A stretch of DNA of 64,000 nucleotides, from assembly GCA_951406725.2 (NCBI GenBank), contig OX597822.1, positions 41,416,001 through 41,480,000 on the forward strand, read 5' to 3'. This DNA comes from Octopus vulgaris. Taxonomy: Eukaryota. The position numbers and the translations under genes were made by a program. Below, piece after piece: positions 54,901 to 64,000 of the stretch. Positions within the stretch are counted from its first letter, which is position 1; each line of letters starts with the position of its first letter. The notes below the pieces were generated by a model that had not been told where the DNA came from, ran no database searches, and saw only the letters and a list, made by a program, of their open reading frames with translations.

Positions 54901-55373
54901 TGAAACTATCTTCCAACTTAATTTTCCCAGCAAAGTTTTCCTGAACACTCCTCAGAACGCATCAGCCATTGTTTACATATATTTTATGGATTTAAACAAA
55001 AGCTAATTTTAAAACAGTTTAACAATCTTTAATAGCGAAAGTATTATCAGTTCTGGCTGCCATAGCAACCAGCGACTAGCATGGCAGCCATCTTTGAATT
55101 TTTCGGTAAATTTCTAAATATGTGTTTGAATCAAAGAGAATCGATAAGTTTCCAGGCGCCGATCTTTGCAGTTCTCTACGTTAGGGGGAAACTAGCTAAT
55201 AGATCATCGTTTTTCTGTACTTCTTGTTTCTTTTTTGTTTCTTTCTTTTTCAGTCAGGCTATTTCAAAACTACATATGTCTGTGTGTTAGTGTTATTACA
55301 CGTTGTTTATGTAAAAATATACACATATACACCCACTTGTTCATACACGGACGCTCAAGAACATATATACATA

Positions 55374-55412
<39 letters not shown>

Positions 55413-55659
55413 GCGCATCTATATACAGAGAGAGACACACACACATACAGATATTCATGTTTCATCCTATAAATATGTATACATAGATAGATAATAAGCC
55501 CGAGGGACTATATTTAAATATGCGTGTATGTATATGTGCAGTAAATTTCTATAAGTGTATTCATAAGCATATATGTGCACACGCACTCATTCACACGCAC
55601 ACGCACATACATACATGAATGCATACATATTGATGCTGTCTCAATACACACACTAACAT

Positions 55660-55750
55660 ACATACCTACCTACCTACCTACCTACCTACCTACCTACCTA
55701 CCTACCTACCTACCTACAAGCCTACAAGTCTACCTACTTACCTACCTATC
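55660..55750. repeat. (TACC)n microsatellite
   Basis: Direct tandem repeat. Confidence 0.95.
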
Positions 55751-55922
55751 GACATACGTACATACATACATAACTACATAGTACATACATAGTGAAATAA
55801 ATAACTAATTACTTATATAAATATCTATATTCGTGAATACATATATACTATGTATGTGTGTGTATGTATGCATGTATGTATGCTTGTATGTATGTGCATA
55901 TCTGCGTGTGTTTGTGTGTATG

Positions 55923-55963
<41 letters not shown>

Positions 55964-56284
55964 GTACGTATGTATGTATGTATATATTCATATATGCGTA
56001 CATACATATATACATGCATAACACACCATACAATGTATACATATACACAGTAACTCTATATTCAAGAACAAATATTTGCATAATAATCTACATATAAATT
56101 AAACATTGATTTTTAACAATAAATATATGCTTAATTATGCATAATTAACTCAATTTCTAATTATGTAGTTTGAAATATTTCCACTATTTTTTCTTTAAAA
56201 AAAGTCTATATTTTCTTTAGCAAAGGATGCACTTCATTCCCCTTAAAGTAACAAAATTCTTTATTTCCTGTCGAGTAAATGTTT

Positions 56285-56520
56285 CTAGGCCAAGGACTCA
56301 TAAGGCCGGTTGCCCTGTTTCCATAGCAATTGAGCCACCGAAATTACATTTCCTCTGAACCGGACGCTAGCCCGTCGCAGGGTTTCTCACAGTGGTGTAC
56401 ACCAACGTGAAAGGAAGTGTTTTGCTCAAGAACAGAAAGCGCTGTCCAGCCCGGCCCGGCCCGGAGTTGCAAAATCACGATCTTGCGATTGTAAATGCAA
56501 TGTTCAGTGTACACTATTAT
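56285..56520 (-). mobile_element. Degenerate tRNA-head / CORE-like SINE
   Basis: Minus strand gttcttgagcaaaacacttcctttcacgttg body, then cctgcgacgggctagcgtcc...ggaaacagggcaaccggccttatgag tail. Confidence 0.65.
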
Positions 56521-56679
56521 ATAATAACATGGATGTAAATGTGTGAGCGCGCGTGTGAGAAAGGGAAAGAAAGGGAGCACATGTGTGTGAGTGAGTGTGT
56601 GTGTGTGTGTGTGCATGTGTGTCTGTGTGTCTGTGTCTGTGTGTGGGGGGTGGAGGTGGCGGATGTGATTGGTTGTGAT

Positions 56680-56744
56680 TGGTAGTGGTGGTGGTGGTGA
56701 TGGTGATAATGATAGTCGTGGAGGTGATGGTCGTGGTTGTGGTG

Positions 56745-56798
<54 letters not shown>

Positions 56799-56799
56799 A

Positions 56800-56851
<52 letters not shown>

Positions 56852-56892
56852 TCTTCTTCTCCTCCTCCTCCTCCTCCTCCTCCTCCTCCTTC
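56680..56892. repeat. (TGG)n(TAG)n(TCC)n microsatellites
   Basis: Direct tandem repeats. Confidence 0.95.
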
Positions 56893-56894
56893 TT

Positions 56895-57260
56895 GCTGTT
56901 TATCCCCAAATCAGACCTGATCCAGCAAACACATGATCAAAGATACACCGGAGGTGCTCATACTGCTTTCTTCCCACCCCATCCCTATTCCCACCCCCAT
57001 CATCACCTCCACCCACACACTGACCTAAGCACATCTAGGACTACAATGCCTGATGTATCCTTCCATTTTCTTTTTAATCAGTTGAATGCAATTTCGTTGC
57101 TGCTTAGTCGAAGCTGACCTGGGGGTTAGCCCTGACTGATCAGACTTATGACTAAGTATGTTCCAGCCGTGACCATCCCGTCTTGAATACGTGTATTTAT
57201 GACTACATTATGTAATTTATCAGTAGTAGTCTTTTCTAGACGGCAAGAGTCTGAGTGAGG
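56895..57260 (-). mobile_element. Two degenerate family-D retroposon fragments
   Basis: cctgatccagcaaacacatgatcaaag and gccctgactgatcagacttatgactaagtatgttccagccgtgaccatcccgtctt. Confidence 0.5.
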
Positions 57261-57384
57261 AACGATGTGGTTTGTTGAGGTAGATTTCAATATGGCTTCC
57301 CACGGCTTTCATTTCACGGTTCCTTCACAGAGTAAACAATGGAAATTACTTTAACGCCTTTCTACATTTTTAAATAACTTTAGA

Positions 57385-57444
<60 letters not shown>

Positions 57445-57689
57445 CGTGTGTGTGTGTGTGCGTGCGTGCGTGCGCGCGTGTGCATGTGAGAAGATGTGAG
57501 TCTGTCGTGTGTGAAGATGTGAGTCTGTTGTGTGTGCATGCATATATATATATATATATATTGTTGTGCATACATATATATTGTTGTGTGATATATTGTG
57601 TATGTATATTTATATTTATGATGCGCGTGTGTGTATCAGTGCGTGTGTCAGTGTGCGTGAGTCTGTATATACGTGTATGTATGCATATT

Positions 57690-58110
57690 TTCCTGGAGAT
57701 TTTTTCGTTCGAATTTCTCCCCAATGAAGAAAGAGCCGGTTTCTAACCTAGAAACAAAATTCTATCATTGGAATTTAGATATCATCAACAGGGTTATGTA
57801 GTACGTGTGTTAGTTTGAATGTAAGTACATGTATGTAAGCTTGTACACATAAATGCTTGTCCACATATAAGCATATAAATTGGCGCGCATGCACATGGGC
57901 GCACGAATGAATGTCATTGAACATGGTCGTTTTATTACATGCTGAACTTTATAAATGATTTACATATTTTGAGAATGCTTTTGAAAGGTTGTAACTGTAA
58001 TGTTCTGGTTCTTTCTGTTCTTTCTAGTTTTGCAAAACCTAGCTTTTCAAGATTGTTACCGTGGCACTGAGTCAGGTAGCCGAGTGATCCAATAATTATT
58101 GGAAGAAATC
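57690..58110 (-). mobile_element. RLE-type LINE 3' end, diverged relative of the (CATA)n family
   Basis: FLPIIIGSLGYLTQCHGNNLEKLGF...LQLQ...ILKICKSF. The 3' UTR shares ttccaatga...tctaggttagaaaccgg.tctttct and is followed by catacatac. Confidence 0.78.
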
Positions 58111-58239
58111 TAAATTAATTTGTAGATGGAATGTGCGCATGAAGCGTTTAAAAGTACCGTTAAATTGCCAGAAGAATATGGCTTCATAGTATGTACATGT
58201 ATAAGTGGTAAAATGAAAATAACGACAAAGACAAGATAG

Positions 58240-58545
58240 AAATTATTGGTATTAGCTTAACTTAACACTCAGAGAAATAAAAAGTAGTTTTAACGTTTCG
58301 GACGGAAGACCTTTATCAGGAAAAGAACGAAAGAGAAGTACAGGTGATAACGAAAAGAAAATACACATGCATTCTCACACAGAGAGTCATACACACACAC
58401 GCACACTCTTTCTTTCTCTCTCTCTCTTCCTATCTCCATCCCTCTCGCGCACACAGATAGACACATAAAATGCCATGTTGCTTCTGGAGTAAGTACTTTC
58501 AGTATTGTGGGAATATTATGGAGACGATTCTTCATTCAATGAGCA
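58240..58545 (-). mobile_element. Decayed Penelope-like 3' end with degenerate minimal hammerhead (58285-58325)
   Basis: Minus strand tttc-CTGATAA(G8>A)-aggtcttccgtcc-GAAA-cgt-TA. Upstream LKVLTPE weakly resembles the LxTLxPxG end of a GIY-YIG domain. Confidence 0.5.
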
Positions 58546-58829
58546 ATGGGCGTTTGCGATTTGTCAGCTCACTGACTGACATACTGTGCTTAGAGTTGAT
58601 ATATCATGACTAAGAAGGGGAATTACTCAGGGACAGTCGCTGCATGTAAAACAAATAGTAAATGGAGTGAGTCAAGAATGTTTAATTGATTAGAATTACA
58701 CCCGCAGAGAAAGAATTATTAGTTTAATGTTTAATTACGGTCAAGAAATGTAAAAGAGATAACTCCAGAATTATTTAAATTAATTTGTATTTAATCAAAT
58801 ATGAAATATAGCGGGGAGCAAATTGATAT

Positions 58830-58847
58830 TTGCTGCTGCTGCTGCTT

Positions 58848-58939
<92 letters not shown>

Positions 58940-59030
58940 ACTGCTACTGCTACTACTACTACTACCACCACCACCATCACCACCACCACCACCACCACCA
59001 CCGCCATCACTACCACTGCTACTACTAAAA
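58830..59030. repeat. (TGC)n(TAC)n(CAC)n microsatellites
   Basis: Direct tandem repeats. Confidence 0.95.
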
Positions 59031-59506
59031 GAACAATAATGTCAGCATCATCACATACAATCATAACAATAGTCACAACCTCAAGAACTACCACAACAGA
59101 AATCTCCACCACCATCACAAAACACCACAACCAAAACCAACAACTACAACTAGAGAAACAGCGATCTCCACTGCTACCACAACCACTCCAACCACTAAGA
59201 GCCTGAACATTAACATGGCGGTGGGGTGAGTCTTAAACTCAGCTCTCTGGAGCAATAAAGGGATGCGATACTGTTTTATCTTCTATTAATCAGACCCTAA
59301 TCATTATCAAAGCAAATTGATCGATATTTCCTGGCAGACATATTGGTTGCAATTGATTATACGGCGCCAAAGTCCTTAGGGACCGGACATTATTATTTTA
59401 GACTGAAGGGACAGATTGGCATCTCGTTAGGGACCATAGGGAACAGAATGGAACACACACAAACGTGTGTGTGTGTATGTGTGTGTGCGTGTGTGTGTAT
59501 GTATAC

Positions 59507-59539
<33 letters not shown>

Positions 59540-59559
59540 TGTATGTATGTATGTATGTA

Positions 59560-59765
59560 GTCTTTTCCTTTGTGCCTTCATAGTGTTCATTCATTAGGCT
59601 GCTACCAGGCTGTACTACCGTCTTCAAAGGTTTAGTTCATTATACAGTACCTAGAACTTATCTTAGTCTGGATCCCTTTTTTTTATCGTTCCTGCACTTT
59701 AGGGAACACAAATAACTTCATATAAGTAAAATCGGTTTTTAGACTGGTATAAACACACAGACACA
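59560..59765 (-). mobile_element. Old SINE family A 3' half
   Basis: Weak similarity to the family-A tail (tcattaggctgctacca.gctg...accgtcttcaa). Confidence 0.45.
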
Positions 59766-59826
59766 TGAATACATGTATGCATGTTTATATATGTAAGTAA
59801 ATGTATGTAAGTGTATATATGTATGT

Positions 59827-60149
59827 GAAGGCACGTGGCTTAATGGTTAGGGCATTCGGCTCACGGTCGTAAGGTCGTGAGTTCAATTCCCGGCGACGCG
59901 TTGTGACCTTGAGCAAGATACTTTATTTCACGTTGCTCCAGTCCAGTTAGCTGGCAAAAATGAGTAGTATCTGAATTTTAGAGGGCAGATTTTGTCACGC
60001 TTTGTGTCACACTGAATCACCATGAGAACTACGTTAAGGGTACACGTGTCTGTGGAGTGCTCGGCCACTTGCACGTTAATTTCACGAGCAAGCTGTTCCG
60101 TTGATCGTATCAGCTGGAGCCCTCGTCGTCGTAACCGACGGTGTGCTCC
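59827..60149 (+). mobile_element. tRNA-head CORE-like SINE, full length
   Basis: gaaggcacgtggcttaatggttagggc...gagttcaattccc head, gtgaccttgagcaagatactttatttcacgttgctcc CORE-like block, and a distinct tail ending cgtcgtcgtaaccgacgg. Confidence 0.88.
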
Positions 60150-60252
60150 TATATGCTAATATAGGACTGTTCCTTCTAGTATGTAAGGCGACCTGTTAAG
60201 TCTCACCTCATTTGTGCTTAAATGTACACTAATTTATATATATATATATAAA

Positions 60253-60338
<86 letters not shown>

Positions 60339-60342
<4 letters not shown>

Positions 60343-61700
60343 GTCATCCCATAAATAATGCGGTTTATTTATATTTCTTTTATTTTTCAAAATTAAGATA
60401 AACAAAGTTCTTTTTTAATCTAAAATATCCTCTCCTGTATTTTCTAAAATGCTCTTTCATCTATCTGGAAAGTTCCGCTTCCATAATTCAATTGCCCGTA
60501 ACAAAAAGTACTCCTCCAGTACTTTTCTGACCTCGTCTACAGAGTTCATATTTTTTCCGTCCAAATGATTTTGAAGACTGCGCGGCTTATCTTCTAGGCT
60601 ATAGTTTCCGGTTCGGAATTTCTGGAACCACCATTGACACTGGCTTACGCTTATTGTCCGATCCCCATATACTGCATTAATATTCCTCGCACTTTCCCTT
60701 GCATTGTTTTCTTTATTGAATTCATAAAACAAAATATGCCGAATGGTGGGCGGGGCATCGTTTCCCATTCAAACTGCTCCAGCCTTTGAAATGTCATCCT
60801 CACCGTATGTGGCTGAGCACTATCCTGATGGAAGACACCTTTTGTCTTGAAACCAAAGATGATCGTTTTTCATCTAGCGGTCACTTAAGCTGCTCGCAGT
60901 AGATTTCGGTTATCGTTTGGTTTGGGTTTAAAAGCTCAAAGTGGACCCTAACCCTAACCCTAATCCTAATCCCACCAAACAGATAACAACATTTTACGTG
61001 GGTGAAGACCTTCTTTAGCCTGAGGTGCCGGTGTTTCTCCTTTCCCTATCCACTGTCTCCGGCACTTGACATTTTTATAGAGAATCCATTTCTCCTCACC
61101 AGTGACTATTCGGTCCAAAAAAGGTTCATTCGGGAGATGTGACAGCAAAGAAAAGCACACATTCACTCTCTGCGCGCGATTAGACTTGGAAAGAGTGTGA
61201 GGACCCCATTGATCCAATTTTTCTGACTTTTTGAATGACCAAATCCAAGCTTCTCTGCTAGTTCCTCAACAGTTACAATGGGATTTTGTTCTACCAATGT
61301 TTGCAGGAGGTCCTCGTCAAGCTCCACAGATCTTCCAGGACAAGGCTTATCTTCAAGGCTGCAGGTTCCGGTTCGCAATTTCTGGAACCACATTGACACT
61401 GGTTTACGCTTATTTTTCTATCCCTACATACTACATTAATATTCCTCAACTTTCTGTTGTGCTGTTGACTTTATTGAACTCATAAAGCAAAATATGCCGA
61501 ATGTGCTCCTTTGTCACTTCACTTATAGCTTTGAAAAAATAACTGTTAAAATCGAGCAGCGCTCTTCAAAACTTGCGCTAAGAATAAGAAACAAAATAAA
61601 ATTATTACCTGCTTTTATGCCAAGTTGATGCAAGTAGTTTATCCCGTCCACTTCCGACTTTTTAGTTCATGCAATTGAAAGAAACCGCATGATGATTCAC
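60339..61700 (-). mobile_element. mariner transposon, rearranged and inactive
   Basis: TIR ttgggtcatcccataaataatgcggttt, with a partly deleted counterpart aaaccgcat...gatga at about 61682. EHIRHILLYEF, WGPHTLS (WVPHEL), FLDRIVTGEEKWILY, HPRKMLLSVWWD and SLQNHLDGK. Confidence 0.92.
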
Positions 61701-61713
61701 TATATCTATAAAT

Positions 61714-61756
<43 letters not shown>

Positions 61757-61895
61757 GATATACATTATATTTATATTTTTATATTTATTTATATATATTT
61801 TTAATACGATAAGGTCTTTCACACGGGTATATCTTTATGATGAATTTGGATATTAATTTCCTTATATTAATAATAATAACATATTATTAAAAAAA

Positions 61896-61934
<39 letters not shown>

Positions 61935-61938
<4 letters not shown>

Positions 61939-62215
61939 TAGTGTGACCTTAATAGGGCACCTTACATTTTGAAAAGGGCAGTTAAAGTCCAAACCACGAA
62001 TAGGAGTAATTTCAAGGCGAATGAAAAATAAAAACATTTCAATAGTTACGCTTATAGTCGAGTTTCAACAACAATGTGCAAATAAAATAATTTGCCATCC
62101 GTGCTTCTTCAGTAATGGCGCTAATTTATATGAAAAATATGTTGCCTATTGACTTTATTACGCATGCAGGCCACCACTAACATACTTCTCTAAATTTTCT
62201 ACCCTTATTATTTTC

Positions 62216-62216
<1 letters not shown>
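61935..62216 (-). mobile_element. Penelope-like terminal fragment between TA tracts
   Basis: Contains a hammerhead motif and is flanked by (TA)n and (TA)(TG)n. Confidence 0.6.
62049..62120 (-). ncRNA. Type-I hammerhead motif
   Basis: cgc-ca-tta-CTGAAGA-agca...gcaaat/atttgc...tgtt-GAAA-ctcgac-TA-taagcg. Stem III is one substitution from the palindrome ACTCGAGT. Confidence 0.6.
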
Positions 62217-62307
<91 letters not shown>

Positions 62308-62330
62308 GTGCATGTGTGTGTGTATACGTT

Positions 62331-62354
<24 letters not shown>

Positions 62355-62361
<7 letters not shown>

Positions 62362-62672
62362 ACCGACCAGGCTATCAGATGTTGCTACACATCGCTGGTC
62401 ACAATGCGCTTCACATTGTTTTAGGCATCAAGTGACGCCACCCCGCTGGCCAAGCGAGCAGGCCAACAGAAGAAAGAGTGTGGCGAAAGTTGTGAGAAAG
62501 TTGTGGCGAAAGAATACAGCAGAGTTCGACACCCACCCACCCCCTGCCGGAGCCTCGTGCAGCTTTAGGTGTTTTCACTCAGTAAGCACTCCCAACGCCC
62601 GGTCTGGGAATCGAAACCGCGATCCTACGACTGCCAGTCCGCTTCCCAAACCACTGGGCCATTGCGCCTCCA
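62355..62672 (-). mobile_element. tRNA(Arg)-like-head SINE (family C) with an alternative tail
   Basis: Minus ggaggcgcaatggcccagtgg...ggtttcgattcccagaccgggcg head, body shared with 48681, tail gcgcattgtgaccagcgatgtgtagcaacatctgatagcctggtcggtcacgtga. Confidence 0.88.
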
Positions 62673-62679
62673 CATATAT

Positions 62680-62727
<48 letters not shown>

Positions 62728-62753
62728 GTATGTATATATGTATATAAATATAT

Positions 62754-62812
<59 letters not shown>

Positions 62813-63338
62813 TATATACATATATTCACAGAATTTCTCAGAAGATATTTACGTAAATAACACAGAAGAACAATTTGCTAACATGCAAAGTTATTGAATA
62901 TACATGAAATTTAAATTTAATTCTTGAAATGTTAAACTTTTCGCCGCGCATCTAAGACTTGGTCACTGACACCGTTCCTCCATTAAAATGTAAACAAGCC
63001 GTAGAACTGCCGAAGTTTTTGACATATCGAGAATTAGATTTAAATTTCAGGTAAATTTAATAACTTTGTGTGTCATCAAAGTGCACATCTGGGTTATATT
63101 AATAGTACAGAAGGCAGCCGTTGGTCTCGAGAGGCCACGGATCTGCACCGAAAGAAATCGTGTCAGTTGATGAAGGTGGTGCAGTGTCTCTTGTGCTTGT
63201 ACAGGCCCACACGAGAGTGGCAGTCATGCATACAGCGACTGAGGTATTTGCATACAATATTTTCTGAGAAATTACAGCAGCAAGAGAGAAAGAGAGAGAG
63301 ATGGGGAAGAAAGATGTTTTGTACAGTATCCTCCGCTT

Positions 63339-63373
<35 letters not shown>

Positions 63374-63376
<3 letters not shown>

Positions 63377-63576
63377 TAGTTTTATTTTTATAGCTTGCTT
63401 TCACTTCACTACCGAGCGCAGCTCTGTGTGCCTTGGGTATGTGCTGTGATTTGTTGTGATGCTCTGATGGTTCTTGTATGGAAAGTGTTCTGCGTAGGAT
63501 GTGTGCAGTGCCTAGTAGTGCAATTTTCTGTATGTTATATGTGTTTGTAAGTCCTGGTGTTTTCGTTATGTATTTT
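63374..63576 (-). mobile_element. R4/Dong-type LINE 3' end inserted in (TAA)n
   Basis: KYITKTPGLTNTYNIQKIALLGTAHILRRTLS (RLE C-terminus IQKxxLLGTxxILR). (TAA)n on both sides, the known Dong target repeat. Confidence 0.88.
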
Positions 63577-63594
63577 ATTATTATTATTATTATA

Positions 63595-63692
<98 letters not shown>

Positions 63693-63700
63693 CATTACTA
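63577..63700. repeat. (TTA)n microsatellite
   Basis: Direct tandem repeat. Confidence 0.95.
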
Positions 63701-64000
63701 TTACCTCCGCCTTCGCTAAGGTGGCGGTATTGTTTACGGTCGCATTTGTTTGTTTGTCCGTGGACGAGATATCTCAAGAACCGCCGGATGGATTCGAATG
63801 TAACTTTCAGGGATGTTTGGCCTCATGATTGGCACAAATTGATTAGATCTAGGGATCGATCAGATACCGGATAAAGATTCTGAATTATTTTTCCGGTTTT
63901 TTACTTAATTTTTGAGAGCGGTCGGATTTATTTTATTTTATTTATTATTTTTTTTTTTTTGTATTCTTGTCTGTGAGAGCACTCGAGGTTATTTCAGATA
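63701..64000 (+). mobile_element. Probable Helentron-associated non-autonomous element (DINE-1/HINE-like), cut by the window end
   Basis: Start ttacctccgccttcgctaaggtggcggta (inverted repeat), then (TTTG)n/gtccgt and gatatctcaagaaccg...gatggattcgaatg.aactttcaggg, the HINE/DINE-1 layout. Confidence 0.6.

Noticed and set aside
63205-63243. 39-nt AG/GT-bounded micro-exon (AHTRVAVMHTATE)
   Set aside because: Weak donor (GTATTT) and no partner exons; such a match is expected by chance.
63908-63924. ttttgagagcggtc shared with 35329-35342
   Set aside because: An isolated 14-mer between unrelated elements with no extension; treated as coincidence.

Overview
AT-rich, microsatellite-saturated metazoan DNA. 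The mix of tRNA-derived SINEs, dense (TA)n/(CA)n/(GATA)n/(CATA)n/(TAA)n tracts and degenerate TE families strongly suggests an octopus (coleoid cephalopod) intergenic or intronic region; this is an inference, not a database match. I find no supportable host protein-coding gene, rRNA, true tRNA or CRISPR array, and almost all ORF-track entries are microsatellite read-throughs. The window is a nested TE landscape: three or more SINE lineages, Penelope-like elements (PLEs), CR1-group, Tx1/L1 and R4/Dong-type LINE fragments, hAT, pogo/Tigger and mariner remnants, and probable Helitron/Helentron derivatives. The most notable observations are: (1) at least six sequence-divergent type-I hammerhead ribozyme motifs in PLE termini, including an inverted pair with an extended stem II around a stop-free GIY-YIG frame; (2) a Nin-domain SINE whose 3' tail matches the 3' end of a Tx1/L1-clade LINE in the same window; (3) a set of retroelements each sitting in a different microsatellite class; (4) a mariner copy with a TTAGGG patch and a template-switch duplication. 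Boundaries of degenerate elements are approximate and were read by eye.
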